From Macrostomum hystrix (lineage: Eukaryota > Animalia > Platyhelminthes), in contig CATNEN010000029.1 in the NCBI GenBank assembly GCA_950097015.1, positions 7,130,001-7,194,000 on the forward strand: DNA of 64,000 nt. The letters run 5' to 3'. Below are positions 23,131 through 34,239 of the stretch, one piece after another. Position 1 is the stretch's first letter, and each line of letters opens with the position of its first letter. A program made the translations under genes and the position numbers. Under the pieces are notes generated by a model, which did not search any database, was not told where the DNA came from, and saw only the letters and a list, made by a program, of their open reading frames with translations.

Positions 23131-24240
23131 TCACGATTCTCTTCTTTTTTTGGTCGTCAGATGCTTCTTAGAAGTGGCACCAGAAGCGACCTCTGTCCCC
23201 GATGACTGCCTTCTACGCGCTCTTCTCGGGGTCTGCTGTGTGCCGTCCATGGTCGCAGATGGCTGTACAGTCGAAGCCGACGCTCGTCGGGCTTGCCGGC
23301 CGCCATTCCTGTCACGCGCATTTTTCAGCGTTGCTGCGATTGCATTATTGATGTCGTAGGCTGTCGCAAACGGCTTAACGCGTCTCAAAGCGTCCTTAAC
23401 CACGCTTTCTACAGGTCCCATGAAGCGTCGCTTGTTGTCTGACCCCGTGCGATTGAATTTCGACTGCATGGCGTTGGACAGTAGCGCAGTGATGACGTTG
23501 CGCACAACATCACTGACTGTTTTGCCTCCAATCAGTGACAGACGGCATATTAGATCCGCACGGTAGTCTTGCGACTCAAGACTGCCAATCAGTAACTCAA
23601 CCTCCTCTTCAGTGGATGCCATGGAGGCCTCCTCCATTCGGGAGTCGCCGCAATTGTAGGAAGCCGCACCAGCTTGCTTTAGTAATGCCAGACCATCGCT
23701 CCACCGTTTCGACTCCGTCTTGAGAGTGATGGCGAGTCCATGCACTTGCTTAAACAAGCTTGCAACCAAATAATAGCATGCCTCGGTTGAGCCTGGCTGC
23801 AGTCCTTGTCTTACAACCAATTGGTCAACAGAAGCAACTGATGGTGTCCCGACGGTAATGGGGGTGCCCCCCAGATTCGCAGGCACAGGTTCTGGCTCCT
23901 TACTTAAGCGGCAATCTGTAGCGAAGAGGTTACGCGAAAGAGTAGAACTGCAGTCAGCATCAGAATAGTTGGTATCAAAGTCATTGTCTTCATCACAAGA
24001 ATAATATTCTTCATCATCAGATTCTTCAGAAATGAAACCATGATTATCCATGTCATTTTCAGCTGAAGACTCAAAGTTATAACTTAAATTGGTATTTTCA
24101 TCAGCTGGATTAATATTAAGCTCAGCTTGGTCAGAAAAAATTGCTTGATCAATGGCAATTGGTACTTCAGTTGATTCACCAGAATTGAGTAGGCCTATAC
24201 TGTCATTCACTGCACGGTTTTTAGTCCAACGTGAAGTCAT
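23131..24240 (-). CDS. DUF4806 (BEN-like) domain protein with acidic N-terminus, probably transposon-associated
   Basis: 369-aa ORF. The segment LSLIGGKTVSDVVRNVITALLSNAMQSKFNRTG...KRRF...INNAIAATLKNARDRNGGR matches my recollection of the DUF4806 pattern (LxxxGG...FNWxG...LxxAxDRxGG). A ttttgtag acceptor directly precedes the ATG. Confidence 0.65.
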   Translation of the reverse strand: MTSRWTKNRAVNDSIGLLNSGESTEVPIAIDQAIFSDQAELNINPADENTNLSYNFESSAENDMDNHGFISEESDDEEYYSCDEDNDFDTNYSDADCSSTLSRNLFATDCRLSKEPEPVPANLGGTPITVGTPSVASVDQLVVRQGLQPGSTEACYYLVASLFKQVHGLAITLKTESKRWSDGLALLKQAGAASYNCGDSRMEEASMASTEEEVELLIGSLESQDYRADLICRLSLIGGKTVSDVVRNVITALLSNAMQSKFNRTGSDNKRRFMGPVESVVKDALRRVKPFATAYDINNAIAATLKNARDRNGGRQARRASASTVQPSATMDGTQQTPRRARRRQSSGTEVASGATSKKHLTTKKRRES

Positions 24241-25687
24241 CTACAAAACATTTTTTTGCTATGTAAACCACTAACATTTAAAAAGGGCATTGCCTTTGTA
24301 ACCATAAATTATAAATAAAGAATAGAAATAACTGAAGCTTTGCATTTTGCATTTTGTTAATAACAAAATAATAATTATTGTTCTACCAAAATTACTGATA
24401 ACTTCTATATATATAAAGAATAGAAGTAAAGAATAGAGATTCTAATAAAGAATAAAATAAAAAATGTATAATAAAAAGAAGAATAATAATAATAGCACCT
24501 GGATATGCATGTGACCCGGCCGCCATCAGCCGATGCTAGGCCTAAGCGACATTTAAGAAAAATAGAATAAAAAAATAAAGAATAAAGAATAGATAAAGAA
24601 TAGAGAATAAAGAATAGAAATAACTTAAGCTTTGCATTTTGTTAATAACAAAATAATAATAATTGTTCTACCAAAATTACTGATAACTTCTAAATATATA
24701 AATATTCACAAAACTGTCTGTGTGTATCTGCCTATGTATGTCTGTGTAGCCAATTTGTGTTTGCAATGGACTCAAAAACTACAACACCAAATAATACCAA
24801 TCTAAAAATCAAGTGTGTAGAGTGTCATAGGCTACTTTTTACTTCCCAAACTCAAATCTTTCTCCTTCAAAATATATATTAAACTTAAGAGTCCTTCAAA
24901 AGTAGGAAAAAGAATATTCAGTTATCTTTAAATTATTCATTTGAAGATTATTTGTTGCTCACATACTCTAGATTCTTAAGAAAAAACATGACTTTATTTT
25001 AATAAATTTTAAGGTCTCAAAATGTAGTTCTATTTTTGCCATGGGCGATTGGAGAAATATGAACTCATTCAAACGTTGCAAACATTGTCCTATGGGCATC
25101 TCATGGCCAAGGCAAGAGCAAGCTTCCCCATAAAGCTAAATATTATGCTACTATGAAAATAAGTACACAATAAATAACCAGCATGGATTAGGTAATCTAA
25201 CCAACTATACACAGGCTTTATTGTTTGCATATAGGCGTTCTGCAAAATGTTTTGTGTGCATTCAGAATTACACATTGTGCACGAAATTGACTGTGATCAA
25301 ATATAGGTGCCTAGAAAGATGCGTTCGAGGTAAGGATATTTAATCACTACACGTATTCATTGGATTCCGAATTACAACATTAAATGGCAATAGACATTAT
25401 CATATATAAGCATGTCCAGAAAAGCGCCGACCCAATGTGCGGACACGTGCAGCTGGATATGCATGTGACCCGGCCGCCATCAGCCGATGCTAAGCGACAT
25501 TTAAATGACCAACAATTATAACAAAAGCAGTGTGTAATATATTTTTTAGTTATTCGTACACTGTATACATTGCTTTATGTGCTTTTACTTTTAGTTTATG
25601 AAGCCCATACGCAACTAATTGAATCCAAACATTGAATGGCATATGCGAACTGGATTCTTCTCACCACCGCTACAGTATTATTGTCAG

Positions 25688-26430
25688 TACTAGGGGCAAG
25701 CCCCTTGGATGCCCCCAGAAACTGGAGTGCAGCATTTTTCATAAAATTGCATATTCAGACAAGATTTTTATTACAGTATGTTTTTATTGTTACGAAGACA
25801 GTTGTCCCTAAAAATTATATGACATTTCATTCTGCCCCTTGGCCCCTTTAAAGCCGCTAGTGGCCCCCTAGGTCTTTTCCCAGTGGGCTGGGGCTGTAGT
25901 ACTGATTTGAAGGACCAAACTGAGGCTGTAGTACTGATTTGAAGGACCAAACTGAGGCTGTAGTACTGATTTGAAGGACCAAACTGAGGCTGTAGTACTG
26001 ATTTGAAGGACCAAACTGAGGCTGTAGTACTGATTTGACGGACCAAACTGGGACTGTAGTAGCTATTTGAAGGACCAAACTGGGGCTGTAGTACTGATTT
26101 GAAGGACCAAACTGGGGCTGTAGTACTGATTTGAAGGACCAAACTGGGGCTGTAGTACTGATTTGAAGGACCAAACTGGGGCTGTAGTACTGATTTGAAG
26201 GACCAAACTGAGGCTGTAGTAGCGATTTGAAGGACCAAACTGGGGCTGTAGTACTGATTTGAAGGACCAAACTGGGACTGTAGTAGCGATTTGAAGGACC
26301 AAACTGGGGCTGTAGTACTGATTTGAAGGACCAAACTGGGGCTGTAGTACTGATTTGACGGACCAAACTGGGACTGTAGTACTGATTTGAAGGACCAAAC
26401 TGGGGCTGTAGTACTGATTTGAAGGACCAA
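25688..26430. mobile_element. Left half of the same putative CACTA-like family with the 32-bp tandem array
   Basis: Begins tactaggggca (10/11 match to the terminus at 21780-21790), followed by gcccc motifs and about 17 copies of the same 32-bp unit (25890-26430). Confidence 0.45.
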
Positions 26431-26537
26431 ACAGAGGCTTAAGGGAAGGCATAGTTCTTGGGATTTCACATATACTGAAGTATCAAGAATAAAGCAGCTG
26501 GCTGCTGGATATGGCGGGCTTGATCTCAGTTACAGTC

Positions 26538-26978
26538 TCATTGTTCACCAGTTGTCTTCATTGTTGTCCTCTGCCACCGCGCATGACATCGGCATGATCT
26601 GCAGTGAAGGAAACGCGCGGCGCATCGCTGCCTCAGTCGACAGTCGCCGTCGGCGGCGCACAGGCAGCAGGCGCCAGCGACGGCCAGACAGACTGACGCA
26701 GCCGTTGCCAGTGCCGACACGGTGAAGAACGCTCGACCCAGCTGGTCCAGGTTGTCGCCGTTGCCGACGCCCCCGAATTGCAGTCCGAGCCCGACAGCCG
26801 CGCAGCCGAGGGCGAAGCCGGCCAGGACGACGGAGCCGGCGCAGAAGCCGCCGTTGGGCAGGCACCGTCTGGCGTCGTCCGTGTCGGTGTCGTCGCAGCT
26901 GCAGGCGCCGTGGCCGGAGGAACTGGGCGCGCCGATCTCGACAGCCCAGCTGAGTGTCTCGAGGCGTTGCCGATGCAT
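26538..26978 (-). CDS. Small Cys-rich two-transmembrane protein of unknown family (146 aa)
   Basis: GC-rich ORF in an AT-rich context, with two hydrophobic segments (GSVVLAGFALGCAAVGLGL; FFTVSALATAASVCLAVAGACCLCAA) and a basic Cys-rich tail. Confidence 0.55.
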   Translation of the reverse strand: MHRQRLETLSWAVEIGAPSSSGHGACSCDDTDTDDARRCLPNGGFCAGSVVLAGFALGCAAVGLGLQFGGVGNGDNLDQLGRAFFTVSALATAASVCLAVAGACCLCAADGDCRLRQRCAARFLHCRSCRCHARWQRTTMKTTGEQ

Positions 26979-27419
26979 TTCAGTGAATTGGCTTTCTGGC
27001 TCACTGGAAAACAATTCTCACCTCGCTGTTGTGTTTATAGAGACCGTACGCATTGTTGCTACCCGGGTTCCCACGGTCGGTTTAGTTCGACTCGATTTGG
27101 ACTTGGCCATGAGTATACCTTCTCAGGAATGCTTCTTCTAGGTCACCATCGCGTACTGTTCTGTGAGCTATCTGCACAATACAATTTTGTTATAATCTGC
27201 AAGGCTTGAAATGGTGGTAGATTCACTGAGTTTTTAAACATGATTTTAGCAATCTTTTCGCCATTACTTTAGAAAAGAAAATTTCATGGTGTGATTAGAG
27301 AGTTTTTTTAATATTAGTAGTCGGGACTACTACTAACACTAGTTATTTATTAACAGTAGGACTACCAAGCCATTTTGCCGCACGATTTTATACCGGGGGG
27401 GGGAATTATGCCCTGAAAC

Positions 27420-27860
27420 ATTTTTGGCAGCGCCTGAATGCTAACAGCGTTGGGTGGCGACTGATTGGTTGACAGACTAGGCGATGGTGTACTGTGGACT
27501 GTGGTTGAGCTGCACCTAACATTTTGGCTTGATCAGTGAAATTGGAGAAATTCGCGTCAGGGTGTCCATAATGGTCTATTTCCACCTGTTGTAGCCCTTG
27601 ACGGTCCAGCAGTCCGTCTAGATAAATGGTAGGTGGCCACCGAAGACGAAGATGATGCAGGCACATTCGGGTGACATGCTGATACATTTTGAAGGCCTGG
27701 CAAGGCCGCACTGAGGCGCAGTGCTAATTAGTGTATCGGGGTGTATGAAATACACTAGCCTTTTGGAAAAAAAATCTGAATATCTCGACGGTCTTAAGAG
27801 CTGGCTGGGTGCAGCACAAATAATTGTCAGGTAGGGGGAAATCCCACTTTGGTAGTTCAA
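27420..27860 (-). pseudogene. Possible degenerate hAT-type transposase N-terminal (TTF zinc-finger-like) remnant
   Basis: Interrupted frames read RLVYF...C...CWTVKGYNRWK, reminiscent of the WLxY...GFxNWK motif of TTF-type fingers. Weak evidence. Confidence 0.25.
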
Positions 27861-28142
27861 CTGTTAATTACAGTCGCTAGCTTTGACTGTAAATACTTGT
27901 AAAAACCGTAACTAGTACTAAATAGTAGCCAATGTTTGATGTAACTCGTTTTCAGTGCTTGTAGATGCAAGCACTGAATAGCAGCCTCTGATTGGCTAAC
28001 GGTTTGATGGCAAATGAAAATCTAGCCAAGAAATCTTCTTTGTAGCGAGGATTGTTACAAACTCCACCGTATCTGTACGTAGGCTGCTTGGTCACTCTGA
28101 GCATGTAGAATTAGGAAAAAGTGTCTTCCTAACACATACATA

Positions 28143-28350
28143 ATGCATATGTCTGTTAAGCTGCAGTCTCAGCAGCTGCTGCTATTGTCACTACTGGTTC
28201 TCTTTCAGCAGCCGCTGTCGTATCATTGCGCCTGCACAAGGGTCAGCCTAGCTTGCAGGTCATTCAGCCAGGGAAAGCGGGAGCAGCAGTCAACGCCATC
28301 GCCATTCAACAACTGCCACCAGGATGTTCAACTCGAGGAGTGCATTGAAG
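28143..28350 (+). CDS. Putative first exon with signal peptide (candidate exon 1 of the SUEL-lectin gene)
   Basis: MHMSVKLQSQQLLLLSLLVLFQQPLSY... has a hydrophobic core and ends EECIE-G|gtacg in phase 1, which matches the phase-1 acceptor at 38000. The link across a 9.6-kb intron is inferred. Confidence 0.5.
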
Positions 28351-28379
28351 GTACGCCTGCAATCACTGCCTTTTACCTC

Positions 28380-29978
28380 AGTATGCCATTCTGCCCCCCC
28401 TAATATAAACTAGGTTAGATGTGCCATTCTGCCCCCCCAATATAAACTAGGTTAGATGTGCCATTCTGCCCCCCCCCCAATATAAACTAGGTTAGATGTG
28501 CCATTCTGCCCCCCCCAATATAAACTAGGTTAGATGTGCCATTCTGCCCCCCCCCAATATAAACTAGGTTAGATGTGCCATTCTGCCCCCCCCCAATATA
28601 AACTAGGTTAGATGTGCCATTCTGCCCCCCCCAATATAAACTAGGTTAGATGTGCCATTCTGCCCCCCCCCCACCTAAACTAGATTAGATGTGCCATTCT
28701 GCCCCCCCCAATATAAACTAGGTAGATGTGCCATTCTGCCCCCCCCCAATATAAACTAGGTTAGATGTGCCATTCTGCCCCCCCCCCACGTAAACTAGGT
28801 TAGATGTGCCATTCTGCCCCCCCCCAATATAAACTAGGTTAGATGTGCCATTCTGCCCCCCCACCTAAACTAGGTTAGATGTGCCATTCTGCCCCCCACC
28901 GAAACTAGGTTAGATGTGCCATTCTGCCCCCCCCAATATAAACTAGGTTAGATGTGCCATTCTGCCCCCCACCGAAACTAGGTTAGATGTGCCATTCTGC
29001 CCCCCCAATATAAACTAGGTTAGATGTGCCATTCTGCCCCCCCACCTAAACTAGGTTAGATGTGCCATTCTGCCCCCCACCGAAACTAGGTTAGATGTGC
29101 CATTCTGCCCCCCCACCGAAACTAGGTTAGATGTGCCATTCTGCCCCCCACCGAAACTAGGTTAGATGTGCCATTCTGCCCCCAACCTAAACTAGGTTAG
29201 ATGTGCCATTCTGCCCCCCCCCCAATATAAACTAGGTTAGATGTGCCATTCTGCCCCCCACCTAAACTAGGTTAGATGTGCCATTCTGCCCCCCACCTAA
29301 ACTAGATTAGATGTGCCATTCTGCCCCCCCCCCAATATAAACTAGGTAGATGTGCCATTCTGCCCCCCCCCCAATATAAACTAGGTTAGATGTGCCATTC
29401 TGCCCCCCCCCACCTAAACTAGGTTAGATGTGCCATTCTGCCCCCCACCTAAACTAGGTTAGATGTGCCATTCTGCCCCCCACCTAAACTAGGTTAGATG
29501 TGCCATTCTGCCCCCCACCTAAACTAGATTAGATGTGCCATTCTGCCCCCCCCAATATAAACTAGGTAGATGTGCCATTCTGCCCCCCCCCCCACCTAAA
29601 CTAGGTTAGATGTGCCATTCTGCCCCCCACCTAAACTAGGTAGATGTGCCATTCTGCCCCCCCCACCTAAACTAGGTTAGATGTGCCATTCTGCCCCCCA
29701 CCTAAACTAGGTTAGATGTGCCATTCTGCCCCCCCCACCTAAACTAGGTTAGATGTGCCATTCTGCCCCCCACCTAAACTAGATTAGATGTGCCATTCTG
29801 CCCCCCCCAATATAAACTAGGTAGATGTGCCATTCTGCCCCCCCAATATAAACTAGGTTAGATGTGCCATTCTGCCCCCCCCACCTAAACTAGGTTAGAT
29901 GTGCCATTCTGCCCCCCACCTAAACTAGGTTAGATGTGCCATTCTGCCCCCCACCTAAACTAGGTTAGATGTGCCATT
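28380..29978. repeat. ~36-41-bp minisatellite with variable poly-C (tgccattctgcccccccaatataaactaggttagatg)
   Basis: About 42 units, starting about 30 nt after the donor at 28351. Confidence 0.95.
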
Positions 29979-30639
29979 GTTTTTGTAACAGTAACTCGAA
30001 GGCAGTCAAACAGTTTCTTGAGCAATCAGTATCCATGCAGTGAGTTGTACGCTGACCTCTCTTTTCCTTCCTCTATCTGGGTCGCTTAGCACTTGGCTAC
30101 CCTATCCCTATGAGTTCAGTTAGTGCCGGGCGCCACCGGAAGTCTCGCCATGTTCTTTGACATGCTACTCGTATAAAGGCCGACTGGGATACAGAGAGAG
30201 GGTCGACCTTGTTAGATGAACTAATGTGCGCACCTCTCCCCTGCCTGCTAGAGTCAGGCGGCTACTAATTCACCGCACATAAGTGCCTCCCGACTGCTCT
30301 ATTAATCTGTCTATCTGTCTATCTGTGCCGCTTCTGCATGTTTAGCTTGGCTTCGTTAGCCATCTGGCAGAATGTACAAATTGGGCATATGTTCTTTTAC
30401 ATGAAATCCAACAGTGCTTTACAAACATCTGACTGTATCCTGTTTAATTTATAGCCTTATTGACTCTATGGCTGTCTTTAAAATAGGGTTCGCTTCTTGT
30501 TACTTTACTCGCCCTCTTACCTACTACTTACCTTGTCTGTTCCCTCCAACTCTCTTCCTCATCTTTTTTACTTTTACTTGATCACATTTTTCTCGTACTA
30601 TTTGTCTTTTTTTCTTCCTACTCACTCAATTTCTATCTC

Positions 30640-31300
30640 CCTTCTGACCCTCTCTCTCATCTCTCCCTCCCCCGATCTCTCCCTTGTCGTCTACCCCGCG
30701 CCCTACTCTCCCTTCTCTCCTACCTCTCTCCCTTACACCTGCCTCTCTCTCCCTTCTCACCTGCCTCTCTCTCCCTTATCACCGGCCTCTCTCTCCCTTC
30801 TACCTCTCTCCCTTATCACCTGCCTCTCTCTCTTCTCTCCTACCTCTCTCCCTTATCACCTGCCTCTCTCCCTTATCACCTGCCTCTTCCCCTTCTCTCC
30901 TACCTCTCTCCCTTATGACCTGCCTCTCTCCCTTATCACCTGCCTCTCTCCCTTATCACCTGCCTCTCTCCCTTATCACCTGCCTCTTCCCCTTCTCTCC
31001 TACCTCTCTCCCTTATCACCTGCCTCTCTCCCTTATCACCTGCCTCTCTCCCTTATCACCTGCCTCTTCCCCTTCTCTCCTACCTCTCTCCCTTATCACC
31101 TGCCTCCCTGTCCCTTCTCTCCTACCTCTCTCCCTTATCACCTGCCTCCCTGTCCCTTCTCTCCTACCTCTCTCCCTTATCACCTGCCTCTCTCCCTTAT
31201 CACCTGCCTCTTCCCCTTCTCTCCTACCTCTCTCCCTTTTCTCCAACCTCTCTCCGTTTTCTCCTACCCCTCTCCTTCCTTTCCAATTCTCCCTTGTTCG
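30640..31300. repeat. Pyrimidine-rich compound repeat (ctctcccttatcacctgcct)
   Basis: Visible tandem CT-rich units. Confidence 0.9.
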
Positions 31301-31979
31301 CTATAATTTTTTCTTACTTTGCATGGCGGTTAAGTTAGCTATTTCTGAAAAATAGACCAATATAGATCAATTTGTTGAATACAACACAAAAGACATACTT
31401 TTACGCAAAAAACACACTCAAATGAGGTAAGTGCACCAAAATTAACGTCTTCCAATACTCTAGCTGTACTGTTTCAGCTTTCCATGGTCCAAGCTACTAT
31501 TAAATTCTACGAGCGTAGCATGAAGCTTAGCGTCAGCAGTGGAATCTGCTGTAATTGCGGCTTAGTCCCACCTCCCAGCTCATGTGTGGCCTGAACTGGC
31601 GCAGTCTTCGCGGTCCGGCAAATCCGACCGCCATGCATTCTCGCATATCTTCCTCCGCATTCGCTTCATCATGTCTAACGCCTGCATAGCAACAGAAACG
31701 TAGGGCAAATTCTAGTTTTTTTGGCATTTAGCAATCTGCTCAATCAGTTTTCGTTGTCTAATCGATCGAAACGCCAGCTGCTGATTGAGAAGGCGGGATT
31801 GACGATTTGTGGAACGGGATTTCCGAGAGTCCCCCAGGGGAACTAATGACCACAGGCAATGGGCGGGACTACTCTAGGATAAGCAATGTTTGAGACTTTC
31901 GGATGATAAGCGACTGACTAATGAAGGCTGCTGGATTCGTTAGGAACTGAGTTTGTCTGCAGTATCGAAAAATATGCTA

Positions 31980-32095
31980 TCTGACATCATCCGACACTAC
32001 CTGACATCATCCGACACTACCTGACATCATCCGACACTACCTGACATCATCCGACACTACCTGACATCATCCGACACTTGCTGACATCATATTTA
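31980..32095. repeat. 20-bp tandem repeat (ctgacatcatccgacactac) x5
   Basis: Read directly. Confidence 0.95.
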
Positions 32096-32887
32096 AACAG
32101 TTCTCACAATGTGACATCGATTGAGACTTTCTGAAGTTATCTGTCAAAATGTTGTCCAACTATAAGTGGCAATATCTTTGCAATTGTCCGACACGAGCCA
32201 CAATATCTTATAGGGCAGTCACGCGCGTCACAAGTCATCGGTGCATTAAGCTGTACCTCTGTTCCTATTCCTTCTCCCTTGCAGCTATTCAAGAGCATGC
32301 AAAAGTTTGGCACAAAAAAGCGGAAGCCAGCCAGTGTGTGTGTCTGTTGTCAGGTCTCTCCAGTGCACAGCGGCGAAGAAATGGGAAGATAAAGGAAGTC
32401 CTTAGTATGTTCCCGCGCGTCACTGGCTGTCCGGGGGCACAAATTGGACAATTAGCGCAAGCAACCAGCGCTATCAAGAACTGACTTCACTTGAAGTGGT
32501 AGTAGTAGAAGAAGCAGTACTAGACTACTGCTGGGGTTCGGTTGTTGGTTAAAGCTTCACACATCCAACTCGACGTCAGGAGTTCGAATCTCGCCTAACG
32601 GAGAAAATATGATTCATTAACAGTTGGAAAGACCACTGAAACAACTTTCAGAACCACAAAACATCGGCATCGTCGAGATATTCAACGATTCTTATCGGGG
32701 TGTCTGGTGGCAAAAACCACAATGTAGGCATAAATTTTCTGTTCACAAAATTTCATTATAAAACAAAACCGGCTACTATTGCTGATTTTTGTATTAATTA
32801 TATTGTTAACTATTATACTACTAATTCAATGTGGATTTGGTGTACAGAGCAATATCAGTTGTCCTTGTCACCAGGGTCATCGGAAGA

Positions 32888-33293
32888 GGGTCGGTGGCAG
32901 AGCGGTTATCGCTTTTGCCTCTCGCGCCACGGTCCCTAAGTTCGATTCCACGGCGAGGCCACATTTATTTGGGGCGCAGCCGCGGAGAGAAGGCTTGGCG
33001 GCTTGTCGTGCAATTTACGCCCTTGGGGGCCAACCTCCAAGGCACAGTGAGAGTGTACACTGTCTGACGATGAGAAAGTCAGGGCAGATGTACACACCTG
33101 TGTGAGCGTATGCCTGCGTACAGTATCTGTGTGCGTGTGTGCTCAGGAGTCAGCGGAATGGGCAGACCAGCTTGCCTCGCTGGCTGCGGGTCTCGTGTCA
33201 CCAAATGCAGCCCTCCTGCAATTATTGTTATTACTATTATTAGTATTATAATAACTATTATTATTATTATTATTACTATTATTATTATTATTA

Positions 33294-33340
<47 letters not shown>

Positions 33341-33425
33341 GTTATTATTATTATTATTATTATTTTATTATTATTATTATTATTATATATATTGTTATAA
33401 TTTATTATTATTATTATTATTATTA
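32888..33425 (+). mobile_element. tRNA-derived SINE (family A) with an expanded (ATT)n tail, inserted in repeat X
   Basis: A-box ggtggcagagcgg, B-box gttcgattcc, ~210-nt (ATT)n tail, imperfect TSD agggtcatcggaaga (32873-32887) / agggtcccggaaga (33426-33439). A second copy lies at 48244-48608. Confidence 0.85.
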
Positions 33426-34239
33426 AGGGTCCCGGAAGAATCGCTGACTCGGACGGCTTTGAAAATTAGTTCATCGTCAAATGTTGATCCATGTGGTAGA
33501 CTTTCACGAAAATCAGTCATTCGGTTTGGGAGGCATCGTGAAGTAGGCAGTGTGTATTTGAAATGCCCCGTCGTTTTTCCCCAGGGGAAAAATAGCGTTG
33601 TCTTTCTACTGTTAATCAAGACATTAAATTTTCTCATAGCTTTAGTTCACCCAGCATTAGCTTTGGTTTATAATTTTGGCAGGTCTGGCGGCTTTAACTG
33701 TCCACAGACTGAACGGCTGTACACAGCATATTTCTACCATAATTCTACAATAATAAAATAATATTGCTCTTTTAAACAAACGACATTATTGGAAATTTCA
33801 AAACGAAGCCAACAAAAAGAGATTCGTACTCGTACTCGCATTGTAAGAACCATCCGTCTGAAAGTAGAAAATAAATCATTTTACTTTATACCCCAAGACT
33901 GGATGGTTCGCGGCACGGGCCAATTTGATACGTCAATCAAATTTCTTAGAAAAAATGCGACTCTCCTTTGAGCAGACGGAGATGACGGGGTTAGGAACTG
34001 GTAGTCAATAGTGCCGCTGGAAGGCTGGAGTAGGAAGTGAGTTGGACACTAACTTGCAGCTTGACCAGCTACCAAAATCTTTGCTCATTCAAATTCGATG
34101 GCGTGTTAAGAAAATTTAATTCTTTGAAGTTTTCCTTCTTGCACAACAGCATTTTGGATTGATGAACAGACCTGCTGGGAAATAAATTGACGGGACACGA
34201 AAAATGCGCAATTGGATGAATTTTGGGACCAGCTAAGCG

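Noticed and set aside
32520-32600. tRNA gene candidates (also 1730-1790, 36920-36980, 48244-48310)
   Set aside because: They have A/B boxes but no complete cloverleaf or acceptor stem, and they continue into repeat bodies, so they are treated as SINE heads.
33062-33085. Hammerhead-like words CTGACGA...GAAA in SINE-A (also CTGACG..GAAA in repeat X and CTGAGGA plus stem at about 53500 minus)
   Set aside because: Stem II or stem III, or the GAAA, is missing in each case, so a catalytic core cannot be assembled.
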